The notes beneath the pieces were generated by a model. The model worked only from the letters and a program-made list of their open reading frames with translations, ran no database searches and was not told the DNA's origin. Positions 16,173 to 24,000 of a DNA stretch of 24,000 nt are shown here, one piece after another. Source of the stretch: Halobacterium jilantaiense (lineage in GTDB: Archaea; Halobacteriota; Halobacteria; Halobacteriales; Halobacteriaceae); the NCBI RefSeq assembly GCF_900110535.1, contig NZ_FOJA01000001.1:1561393-1585392 (forward strand). The letters run 5' to 3'. The translations under genes were made by a program, and so were the position numbers. Position 1 is the first letter of the stretch. Each line of letters begins with the position of its first letter.

Positions 16173-17044
16173 TCGAGCGGCCGCCGCGGGACGATTCGGG
16201 GTTCCCCGTCGTACGTGACCGCGGCGTCGACCTCGAAGACGTCCGCGAGCAGGGTTTCGGTGACCACGTCTTCGGGCGGTCCCCAGTCGTAGACCTCGCC
16301 GTCGTCGAGCGCGACGAGGTAGTCCGCGAACCGGGCCGCCTGCTGGAGGTCGTGGAGGACCACGCAGACCGTGACGTCGCGGTCCTCGTTGAGCGTGCGG
16401 ACGACCTCCATCACTCGGAGCTGGTGGTGCAAGTCGAGGTACGTCGTCGGCTCGTCGAGCAGGAGCACGTCGGTGTCCTGAGCGAGCGCCATCGCGACGA
16501 ACGCCAGTTGCTTCTGGCCGCCGGAGAGCTCCGAGACGGGGGTGTCTCGGAGGTGGTCGACGCCCGCGAGGTCGATGGCGCGGTCGACGTGCGCCTCGTC
16601 GTCGCTGCTGAGGGGGTCGAGGAAGCCGCGGTGGGGGTAGCGGCCGTGCGAGACGAGGTCGCCGACGGTGAGGCCGCCGGGGGCGTCGTTCTCCTGAGCG
16701 AGCAGCCCGAGTTCGCGGGCGAGCTGTTTCGGCTCGCGTGTCTGGACGTCCTCGCCGTCCAGCAACACGGTGCCGTCCATCGGGTCGAGTTCCGCGGAGA
16801 ACCCCTTGAGCAGCGTTGACTTCCCGGAGCCGTTCGGGCCGACGAGCGCCGTCACCTCGCCCTCGGGGACGACGATGTCCTCGCAGTCGACGACGACGCC
16901 CTCGCCGTAGCCGAGCCGGAGTCCCGAGCCGAGCAGCGCGGCGGAGTCGACGGGGTCCTCGTCAGTGACGGGGTCGGCGGCTGCGTCGGTCGCGTCCGCG
17001 GCGCGGTTCGGTTCGTCGGTGTCGGTGTGTGGTGTCGGTGGCAT
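16169..17044 (-). CDS. ABC importer ATP-binding protein (FepC/FecE/BtuD type; iron-siderophore or cobalamin class)
   Basis: The track ORF extends to 17641, but its first ~198 codons are Arg/Pro-rich and overlap the permease gene in another frame. I trimmed it to ATG 17044, which is 2 nt after the permease stop. It has Walker A GPNGSGKSTLL, signature LSGGQKQL and Walker B VLLLDEPTTYLD. Confidence 0.88.
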   Translation of the reverse strand: MPPTPHTDTDEPNRAADATDAAADPVTDEDPVDSAALLGSGLRLGYGEGVVVDCEDIVVPEGEVTALVGPNGSGKSTLLKGFSAELDPMDGTVLLDGEDVQTREPKQLARELGLLAQENDAPGGLTVGDLVSHGRYPHRGFLDPLSSDDEAHVDRAIDLAGVDHLRDTPVSELSGGQKQLAFVAMALAQDTDVLLLDEPTTYLDLHHQLRVMEVVRTLNEDRDVTVCVVLHDLQQAARFADYLVALDDGEVYDWGPPEDVVTETLLADVFEVDAAVTYDGEPRIVPRRPLD

Positions 17045-17046
17045 GC

Positions 17047-18168
17047 TCAGAACTCGTTGAAGGATTCGGTGCGGCGCAGCAACAGCAGGAAGTACGGCCC
17101 GCCGACCAGCCCGGTGACGACGCCGACCGGGACCTGGATGCCGCCGAGCCCGAGGCGCGCGACGACGTCCGCGACGACCACGAGGGCGGGGCCGGCAAAC
17201 AGACAGCCCGTGAGGAGTTTCCGGTAGTCGCTGCCGACCGCGGTGCGGACGGCGTGGGGGACGACGAGCCCGACGAAGCCGACGAGCCCGGCGACGGAGA
17301 CGGCCGCGGCGGTGGCGAGGATGGCGAGCGCGGAGAGCCCGAAGCGCATCGTCTCGACGCGCATCCCGAGCGAGCGGGCGCGGCGCTCGCCGAGCAGGAG
17401 GACGTCGAGTTGGCGGGCGGCGACCAGGGCCGCGGGGACGACGAGCAGCGTCGGGAGGACGACGAGGCGGACGTCCATCCAGCCGACACCGGTCAGCGAC
17501 CCGGCGAGCCAGGAGACGGCGGTGCGCATCGCGCCGTTGGAGTCGATGAAGTAGAAGACGCCGGTCTGGAGGCTGTTGAAGATGGTGCCGACGACGACGC
17601 CGCCGAGGACGAGTCGGACCGGCGTGGTGCCGCCGCGCCACGCGACGGCGTACACGAGCAGGAACGCGCCGGTGCCGCCGACGGCGGCGGCCAGCGGCAG
17701 GAAGTAGGTGCCCAGAGAGAGCACGATGGTGACGACGACGGCGAAACCGGCACCCGACGACACGCCGAGGATGTAGGGGCTGGCGAGCTCGTTCCGGGTG
17801 ATGGCCTGGAAGATAGCGCCCGCGACGGCGAGGTTCATGCCGACGAACACGGCGACTGCGACCCGGGGCATCCGGAGCGTCCAGACGACCGCCGTGGCGT
17901 CGCTGAGCACGGAGAGGTCGCTGTAGACGCCGAGCGTGTGGGCGAGGCCGTCACCGAGCAGGATGGTGGCGAGAACCCGGGGATTCGTCCAGACCGCGCG
18001 GTCGAACATCGCCCGCCAGACGGTCTCGAAGGGCATCGGGTAGGCCCCGTAGCGGATCTGGACGAGCGCGCCGAGGACGACGGCGACGGTGCTCGCGACC
18101 ATCGTGAGGACGAGCGCGTCGTCGAGGTTCGGGAGCAGGACGTCTCGAACGCGGAACTGTCGTGACAT
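17047..18168 (-). CDS. FecCD/BtuC-family ABC importer permease
   Basis: 373 aa with ATG at 18168 and about 9-10 hydrophobic segments. The FecCD-like blocks are ELASPYILGVSSGAGFAVV and GIQVPVGVVTGLVGGPYFLLLLRR. It appears translationally coupled to the ATPase gene. Confidence 0.88.
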   Translation of the reverse strand: MSRQFRVRDVLLPNLDDALVLTMVASTVAVVLGALVQIRYGAYPMPFETVWRAMFDRAVWTNPRVLATILLGDGLAHTLGVYSDLSVLSDATAVVWTLRMPRVAVAVFVGMNLAVAGAIFQAITRNELASPYILGVSSGAGFAVVVTIVLSLGTYFLPLAAAVGGTGAFLLVYAVAWRGGTTPVRLVLGGVVVGTIFNSLQTGVFYFIDSNGAMRTAVSWLAGSLTGVGWMDVRLVVLPTLLVVPAALVAARQLDVLLLGERRARSLGMRVETMRFGLSALAILATAAAVSVAGLVGFVGLVVPHAVRTAVGSDYRKLLTGCLFAGPALVVVADVVARLGLGGIQVPVGVVTGLVGGPYFLLLLRRTESFNEF

Positions 18169-18264
18169 CGGTGGTGGTGCCCGGTGTGTCGGAGCGCGCC
18201 CGGTGGGCGGGCGGGCGTGCTCATGTCGGTCGGCCCGTGAGAGGCCGGCCGCTTCTCTCGTTCT

Positions 18265-18278
18265 TTAGGCCGGCCTAA
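18265..18278. promoter_or_regulatory. Perfect 14-bp palindrome ttaggccggcctaa between the binding-protein and permease genes. A second aggccggcc copy lies at 18242-18250
   Basis: Read directly. It is 20 nt downstream of the binding-protein stop and 97 nt upstream of the permease ATG. Confidence 0.35.
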
Positions 18279-18297
18279 TAGTTCAAAAGCGTTCCGT

Positions 18298-19458
18298 CTA
18301 CGACGTGACGATGCCAGCGAGTTCGTCCCGGTCGAACAGCTCGCCGGAGAACCGGTCGGGGTAGAGCCGGGTCGCGAACCGTTCGGTGAGGAACAGGTGG
18401 CCGAGCGGCCCGAGGTAGATGGGGCCGCCCCGGTAGACGTCGCCGTTCTCGACCGCCGTGATGCGGCTGGCCGTGTCGTGGTTCTGCATGAAGGAGACGA
18501 CGGTGTCCCGGAACGCCTCGGGAGTCTTGTCCTCGTGGCCGCGCACGAACAGCACCTCGGGGTCGAGGTCGAGCAGCGTCTCGTAGTCGATTTCGGAGCG
18601 CTGGCTCTGGGAGAGCGCTTCCACGTCCGAATTCGCGATGGCGTCCCGGACGTTCAGGTCGCGGAAGGCCTTCTTGTTCGCGCCCTCGCCGCCGAGGTGG
18701 TACGGGGAGAACGACGTGGGCTCGGCCTTGCCGCCCCAGACGAGCGCGGCCCGCGGCCCCTCGTCGGGGGCATCCGCGGCGATGCGGTCGACGTAGTCGT
18801 CGTGGAACGACCGCAGGGCCTCGAAGCGCTCGGTCTCCTGGACGACCTCGGCGACCTTCTCGAAAGCACCGTACAGCGTGTAGTAGTCGTAGTCGTGCCA
18901 GCCGTCCGTCCGCCGGAAGATGGTGTTCCCGAGGAACGGCGCGGCGCGCTCCTCGAGGAAGGAGACGTCCTCGCCGTTCAACTCGAAGACGTTGGTGAGC
19001 CAGTTCGGGTCCATCAGGTAGAGGTCGGGGTCGAGGTCGAGCAGCGTCTCCTGAGAGACGCCGGCGTTCACGAGGTCGACGATGCCGGAGTCGTCGACGC
19101 CGACGCCGTCGAGTTCATCGTAGTGGCCCGTGTGGAACCGGCCCTTCTTTCCGACCGACGCGACGGCGTCGCCGTGCCCGAGCGCGACGAGCATGTCGGC
19201 GTAGCCGGGCTCGTAGACGGAGATAGACTCGGGGACGCGGTCGAACTCGACCTCGCCGACGGGCGTCATCGACACCGAGTACGAGTCGCTGGCCTCGGTG
19301 GTGGTCTCCTCGCTCGCCTCCGCGCTGGTCGCCGTGTTCTCGGTGTCGGTCGGTTCGTCGGTCGTCTCGCTACCGCCCTCGCTGGGGCTCGTACAGCCTG
19401 CGAACAGCCCTGCGAGGGTCATAGCGCCGCCCGCTCGGACGAAGTCTCGTCGGTGCAT
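18298..19458 (-). CDS. ABC importer substrate-binding lipoprotein (iron-siderophore/cobalamin class periplasmic binding protein), Tat-exported
   Basis: 386 aa with ATG at 19458. The signal is MHRRDFVRAGGAMTLAGLFAGC (twin-Arg plus lipobox), followed by an acidic Thr/Glu-rich linker. It heads the FecCD permease and ATPase genes. The substrate class is inferred from the partner genes. Confidence 0.78.
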   Translation of the reverse strand: MHRRDFVRAGGAMTLAGLFAGCTSPSEGGSETTDEPTDTENTATSAEASEETTTEASDSYSVSMTPVGEVEFDRVPESISVYEPGYADMLVALGHGDAVASVGKKGRFHTGHYDELDGVGVDDSGIVDLVNAGVSQETLLDLDPDLYLMDPNWLTNVFELNGEDVSFLEERAAPFLGNTIFRRTDGWHDYDYYTLYGAFEKVAEVVQETERFEALRSFHDDYVDRIAADAPDEGPRAALVWGGKAEPTSFSPYHLGGEGANKKAFRDLNVRDAIANSDVEALSQSQRSEIDYETLLDLDPEVLFVRGHEDKTPEAFRDTVVSFMQNHDTASRITAVENGDVYRGGPIYLGPLGHLFLTERFATRLYPDRFSGELFDRDELAGIVTS

Positions 19459-19466
19459 ACCCGTTT

Positions 19467-19480
19467 TTGGCCGGCCTAAA
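19467..19480. promoter_or_regulatory. Near-palindrome ttggccggcctaaa between a TATA-like element (complement of aaataag, 19483-19489) and the binding-protein start codon. Candidate operator
   Basis: The 16-mer tttttggccggcctaaa context matches the 18264-18279 site at 14 of 16 positions. It lies at -9 to -22 relative to ATG 19458. Confidence 0.35.
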
Positions 19481-19708
19481 GCAAATAAGACCGTCGATTT
19501 TTCGGCCTACCTAAATCGAGGACGGGGCGACCGCGTGACACCGTCCCAGCGCCCGCCAGCGCCGCGTTGGACGGGAAGCTTTATCACCGCGCCACCGCAC
19601 TGCAGACGTATGCGCGTCGGCTCCGCCGTAGTACGTGTGTAAATCCATTTCTCCGGCCGAGCACCGCGACCCGACCGGCCAACCGCGGGACCGACGACTC
19701 AGACACCC

Positions 19709-22354
19709 ATGACAGAGCTTCCGGACAGCTACGACCCCGACAGCATCGAACCCAAGTGGCAGGACGAGTGGCAGGCCAGCGACGTCTACAGCTTCGACCC
19801 CAGCGACTCCGACACCCAGTACGTCGTCGACACGCCGCCGCCGTACCCCTCCGGGAACCTCCACCTCGGCCACGCGCTCGGCTGGTCGTACATCGACTTC
19901 GTCGCGCGCTACCGACGCCTCAAGGGCGACGCCGTCCTCTTCCCGCAGGGTTGGGACTGCCACGGGCTCCCGACCGAGGTCAAAGTCGAAGAAGTCAACG
20001 ACATCCACCGCACGGACGTCTCCAGCGACGAGTTCCGCCAGATGTGCATCGACTGGACGGACGACCGCATCGACGAGATGAAGGCGACGATGCAGGAACT
20101 CGGCTTCTCGCAGGACTGGGACGCCGAGTACCGCACCATGGACCCCGAGTACTGGGGGAAGACCCAGGAGTCCTTTTCCGCGATGGCCGACGAGGACATG
20201 GTCTACCGCGACGAACACCCGGTGAACTGGTGTCCGCGCTGCGAGACCGCCATCGCCGACGCCGAGGTCGAGAACATCGACCGCGAGGGCACGCTGTACT
20301 ACGTCACGTTCGACGGCGTCGGCAACGACGACATCGAAATCGCGACCACGCGGCCCGAACTGCTGTCGGCCTGCGTCGGGATGGCCGTCAGCCCCGACGA
20401 CGAGCGCTACGAGGACCGCATCGGCGACACCTTCGAGGTGCCGCTGTTCGGGCAGGAGGTCGAACTGCTGGCCGACGACGAGGTCGACGCCGACTTCGGC
20501 TCCGGCGCGGTCATGATCTGTACGTTCGGCGACAAGCAGGACGTCGACTGGTGGGCCGAGTACGACCTCGACCTCCGCGCCGTCTTCACCGAGGACGGCC
20601 GCCTCGGCGAGCAGGCCGGCGAGTTCGCCGGTCTCACCATCGACGAAGCCAAGGGCGAAATCGCGGACGCCCTCGACGACGAGGGCTACCTGAACGACTC
20701 CGAGCCCACGGAGCAGAGCGTCGGTGCCTGCTGGCGCTGCGACACGCCCATCGAGATTCTCTCCAAGGAGCAGTGGTTCGTCGAGGTCGACCAGGACCTC
20801 ATCCTGGAGAAGGGCGAGGAGGTCGACTGGATTCCGGACCACATGCACGACCGTCTCGTCGACTGGACGGAGGGCATGGACTGGGACTGGGTCGTCTCCC
20901 GGCAGCGCGTCTTCGCCACCCCCATCCCGGCGTGGGAGTGCAACGACTGCGGGTACTGGCACATCGCCGGCCGCGAGGAAGCCCCGGTGGACCCGACCGA
21001 AGACGACCCCGCCGTCGGTGCCTGCCCCGAGTGCGGTGCCGAGGACTGGACGGGCGAGACCGACGTGATGGACACCTGGATGGACTCCTCCATCACGCCC
21101 CTGCACCTCTCCGGGTGGCCGGCCGACATCGACCTCGACGAGTTCGAGCCGGTCGACCTCCGGCCGCAGGGCCACGACATCATCCGCACGTGGGCGTTCT
21201 ACACGCTGCTGCGGACGGGCGCGCTCACCGACGAGAAGCCGTGGGACGACGTGCTCGTCAACGGCATGGTGTTCGGCCCGGACGGCAACAAGATGTCCAA
21301 GAGCCGCGGGAACGTCGTCCAGCCGGACGAGGCCATCGAGGAGTACTCCGCCGACGCCGTCCGGCAGGCGCTCGCGCTCGGCGGCCGCCCCGGCAGCGAC
21401 GTTCAGTTCCAGTGGAAGGAGGTCAAGTCCGCGTCGCGGTTCCTCACGAAGCTCTGGAACATCGCGAAGTTCTCCTCCGGACATTTCGACGAGGACACCC
21501 CGGACATCCAGGACCCCGCCTACCGGGACGCCGACCGCTGGCTGCTCTCCGAACTCTCCCGCGTCACCGAGGAGGTCGACGAGGCCATGGAGGAGTACCG
21601 CTTCGACCGCGCGCTCCGCGAACTCCGGGAGTTCGCGTGGGAGGACCTCGCCGACGACTACGTCGAACTCGTGAAGGGGCGGCTGTACAACGGCCGGCCC
21701 GGTGAGCGCGACGCCGCCGAACACACCCTCTACACGGCCGTCACCGCGGTCGCTCGGATGCTCGCGCCGTTCAGCCCGCACGCCACGGAGGAGATCTGGC
21801 GGAACCTCCCCGGCACCGAGGGCAGCGTCCACACCGCCGAGTGGCCGAGCGTCGACCTCCGCGACGAGGACGCCGAACTCGCCGGCCAGCGCATCGCCGA
21901 GGTCGCCAGCGACATCCGCGCGTGGAAGTCCGACCAGGGGATGCCGCTGAACGCTGACCTCGACCGCGTCGAACTCTACTTCGACGTCGACGAGGACGGG
22001 AACGCCCACTTAGACACCTACGACCTCAGCGAGACCGTCAACGCACCCATCAAGCTGGTGGACGGCCGGCCGGACGTCGAACTCGTTCCGGTCGAGGTCG
22101 ACGGCGACGACTCCGAGATCGGGCCGGAGTTCCGCAGCGACGCCGGCACCGTGATGCAGGCCATCGCGGAAACAGACCCGGCGGCAATCCAGGCTCAGAT
22201 GCACTCCGGGGACACCGTCACCGTCGAGGCCGACGGCCAGTCCTTCGACCTGGACGCCGACTGGCTGGAGGTCACCGAGGAGTACCGGGCGTCCTCCGGC
22301 GAGGAAGTGAACGTCATCGAAGCGTCGTTCGGTACCGTCCTCGTCTACGAGTGA
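19709..22354 (+). CDS. valS: Valine--tRNA ligase (class I aminoacyl-tRNA synthetase)
   Basis: 881 aa. The N-terminal block is [15 protein letters not shown] (HIGH motif), followed by [10 protein letters not shown] and [10 protein letters not shown] (KMSKS). The length and the TPPP motif favour ValRS over IleRS or LeuRS. Confidence 0.85.
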   Translation: MTELPDSYDPDSIEPKWQDEWQASDVYSFDPSDSDTQYVVDTPPPYPSGNLHLGHALGWSYIDFVARYRRLKGDAVLFPQGWDCHGLPTEVKVEEVNDIHRTDVSSDEFRQMCIDWTDDRIDEMKATMQELGFSQDWDAEYRTMDPEYWGKTQESFSAMADEDMVYRDEHPVNWCPRCETAIADAEVENIDREGTLYYVTFDGVGNDDIEIATTRPELLSACVGMAVSPDDERYEDRIGDTFEVPLFGQEVELLADDEVDADFGSGAVMICTFGDKQDVDWWAEYDLDLRAVFTEDGRLGEQAGEFAGLTIDEAKGEIADALDDEGYLNDSEPTEQSVGACWRCDTPIEILSKEQWFVEVDQDLILEKGEEVDWIPDHMHDRLVDWTEGMDWDWVVSRQRVFATPIPAWECNDCGYWHIAGREEAPVDPTEDDPAVGACPECGAEDWTGETDVMDTWMDSSITPLHLSGWPADIDLDEFEPVDLRPQGHDIIRTWAFYTLLRTGALTDEKPWDDVLVNGMVFGPDGNKMSKSRGNVVQPDEAIEEYSADAVRQALALGGRPGSDVQFQWKEVKSASRFLTKLWNIAKFSSGHFDEDTPDIQDPAYRDADRWLLSELSRVTEEVDEAMEEYRFDRALRELREFAWEDLADDYVELVKGRLYNGRPGERDAAEHTLYTAVTAVARMLAPFSPHATEEIWRNLPGTEGSVHTAEWPSVDLRDEDAELAGQRIAEVASDIRAWKSDQGMPLNADLDRVELYFDVDEDGNAHLDTYDLSETVNAPIKLVDGRPDVELVPVEVDGDDSEIGPEFRSDAGTVMQAIAETDPAAIQAQMHSGDTVTVEADGQSFDLDADWLEVTEEYRASSGEEVNVIEASFGTVLVYE

Positions 22355-22416
22355 CGCGCTGCACGGGCTGAGACCGCGACGCGGATTTTTTCCTCGCTCG
22401 CGGCGACGCCACGGAT

Positions 22417-22716
22417 ATGGACGTCTTTGGCTGGCTCGTCACCGCCGGCGTCGCCGCCTACCCGTTCTTGTCCGCGTACATGTACTGGGACTACCGACGC
22501 GGCGGCCGGTCGCGGGCGAAGTTCCTGAAGAACGTCAGCGGCGTCGGGACCGGGTTCTCGATACTGCTCCAGCAGGCCGCCGAAGTCTGGCTCGCTGGTG
22601 CCGTCGGTGACGTCGTCGTGCTCGCGTCGATCGTCCCGCTTGCGGTCGGCATCTGGGCGTTCTACCGGGCGTACGTCGCTGCCGGGGACTCGGAGGCCGG
22701 CACGCCGCCCGGGTAG
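22417..22716 (+). CDS. Small hypothetical membrane protein (99 aa, ~3 TM)
   Basis: ATG at 22417 with a T6 run 26-31 nt upstream. Hydrophobic segments include FGWLVTAGVAAYPFLSAYMYW, GVGTGFSILLQQAAEVWLAGAV and VVLASIVPLAVGIWAFY. Confidence 0.55.
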   Translation: MDVFGWLVTAGVAAYPFLSAYMYWDYRRGGRSRAKFLKNVSGVGTGFSILLQQAAEVWLAGAVGDVVVLASIVPLAVGIWAFYRAYVAAGDSEAGTPPG

Positions 22717-22772
22717 CCCCCGCCGTCGCCCGGAACCCGACCGCTTTTTCTCGTGGCCGCCGGACTTCAGGT

Positions 22773-23876
22773 ATGGACGCCCGCGTCGAGGAACACGCCG
22801 AGGTACTGGTCGACTGGAGCGCGCGAATCGAGGACGGCGACGACGTCGTGTTGAGCGTCGGCCCGGACGCCCACGAGCTCGCGGTCGCCGTCGCCGAGAA
22901 GGTCGGCGAGCGCGGCGCGAACCTCGTCACGACGTACTCGTCGGACGAAGTCAGTCGCGCCTACAAGCTCGCCCACGACGGGGACTTCGACGAGGCCCCC
23001 GCGCACGAACTCGCGCTCGTGGAGAACGCGGACGTCTACCTCTCTGTCGGCGGCGGACGCAACACCAGCGAGGGGTCGGACGTCCCCGCCGACGTCCGCG
23101 AGGCGTACGGCAAGTCCCGGGAGCAGCTCCGGGAGGCCCGCATGGACATCGACTGGGTGAGCACGGTCCACCCGACGCGGTCGCTCGCCCAGCAGGCGAA
23201 CATGTCCTTCGAGGAGTACCGGGACTTCGCGTACGACGCCGTCCTCCGCGACTGGGAGACGCTCGCCGACCAGATGGCGAACATGAAAGACGTCCTCGAC
23301 GACGGCAGCGAAGTCCGACTCGTGAAGGAGGACACCGACCTCACGATGAGCATCGAGGGGCGGACGGCCGTGAACTCCGCAGCCTCCGTCGCCTACGACT
23401 CCCACAACCTCCCCTCCGGCGAGGTGTTCACCGCGCCAGAGGCCACCGAGGGCGAGGTGCTGTTCGACGTGCCGATGACGCTCCGCGGCGAGCGCGTGCA
23501 GGACGTCCACCTCACTTTCGAGGACGGCGAGGTCGTCGACTACTCGGCCGCCCAGAACGAGTCCGTCGTCGGCGAGATTCTGGAGACCGACGCGGGCGCG
23601 CGCCGCCTCGGCGAACTCGGCATCGGCATGAACCGCGGCATCGACCAGTTCACGGACTCCATCCTCTTCGACGAGAAGATGGGCGACACCGTCCACCTCG
23701 CGCTCGGCCGCGCCTACGGGTCGAACTTCCCCGAGGGCAGCGAGGACGAAGCCAACGACTCCGCCGTCCACGTCGACATGATTACGGACATGAGCGAGGA
23801 CTCGTTCATGGAAGTCGACGGCGAGGTCGTCCAGCGCAACGGCACCTTCCGGTGGGAAGACGGATTCAGCGAGTAA
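22773..23876 (+). CDS. Aminopeptidase, family M29 (AmpS/PepS-type thermophilic metalloprotease family)
   Basis: 367 aa. Motifs seen are HNLPSGEVFTAP, RRLGELGIGMN, ILFDEKMGDTVHLALGRAY and SAVHVDMI. A ctttttc element lies 23-29 nt upstream of the ATG. Confidence 0.82.
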   Translation: MDARVEEHAEVLVDWSARIEDGDDVVLSVGPDAHELAVAVAEKVGERGANLVTTYSSDEVSRAYKLAHDGDFDEAPAHELALVENADVYLSVGGGRNTSEGSDVPADVREAYGKSREQLREARMDIDWVSTVHPTRSLAQQANMSFEEYRDFAYDAVLRDWETLADQMANMKDVLDDGSEVRLVKEDTDLTMSIEGRTAVNSAASVAYDSHNLPSGEVFTAPEATEGEVLFDVPMTLRGERVQDVHLTFEDGEVVDYSAAQNESVVGEILETDAGARRLGELGIGMNRGIDQFTDSILFDEKMGDTVHLALGRAYGSNFPEGSEDEANDSAVHVDMITDMSEDSFMEVDGEVVQRNGTFRWEDGFSE

Positions 23877-23969
23877 GACAGGCTTACCGGACCACAGCGG
23901 AGAGCCAGCCTGTACGCAGTAACGCGAGCGTACGCGGCCGGTCGCCGTCGCGGTTTTTAGCGTACCTTT

Positions 23970-24000
23970 TACAGTGGCGAGCCACCGGCTTGCCACTGTA
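23970..24000. repeat. 9-bp perfect inverted repeat tacagtggc ... gccactgta with a 13-nt spacer, touching the window edge
   Basis: Read directly: 23970-23978 and 23992-24000. A T5 run at 23953-23957 precedes it, downstream of the aminopeptidase stop. Confidence 0.6.

Noticed and set aside
17045-17641. N-terminal 198-codon extension of the ABC ATPase ORF (track ORF 16169-17641).
   Set aside because: The extension is Arg/Pro-rich and overlaps the FecCD permease gene in another frame. A well-placed ATG at 17044, 2 nt after the permease stop, gives a normal-length ATPase.

Overview
This is a high-GC segment: single 60-nt lines I counted by hand give about 65-70% GC in most genes. It looks like a haloarchaeal (class Halobacteria) chromosome. 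The predicted proteins are very acidic, there are Tat/lipobox signal peptides, TATA-like elements sit about 23-32 nt upstream of many start codons (leaderless mRNAs), and a Trk system occurs next to an Lrp/AsnC-TrkA_C regulator. I call 23 protein-coding genes, one tRNA-Arg(CCG), and a few small repeats and regulatory candidates. One of the genes is cut by the left window edge and is missing from the ORF track. Most content is housekeeping or transport: a receiver-PAS sensor (partial), trkH and trkA, an Lrp/AsnC-TrkA_C regulator, a tandem USP, a SHOCT membrane protein with a DUF318/ArsP-type permease carrying two YHS domains, a MATE exporter, a membrane-anchored 2Fe-2S ferredoxin, DJ-1/PfpI, 6-phosphogluconate dehydrogenase, an MsbA-type ABC exporter, an FecCD/BtuCDF-type ABC importer, ValRS and an M29 aminopeptidase. 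I found no CRISPR array, no transposase or integrase, and no recognisable defence system. Three things stand out. (i) 7842-8615 encodes a heliorhodopsin-family protein that keeps the Schiff-base Lys and counterion Glu. It is transcribed divergently from the SHOCT/YHS-permease operon and lies next to tRNA-Arg and a degenerate copy of the tRNA 3' end. (ii) About 1.1 kb at 11205-12348 is a strongly low-GC islet encoding an orphan Tat-lipoprotein. (iii) The SHOCT plus double-YHS permease pair is an uncharacterised putative metal-handling module. Many long ORFs in the track are antisense artefacts of high GC. Several track starts are GTG/TTG extensions, which I trimmed using ATG position and the -27 TATA spacing. 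All functional calls rest on motif recognition by eye and on family knowledge. No database search or computation was possible, so the claims of novelty are hypotheses.
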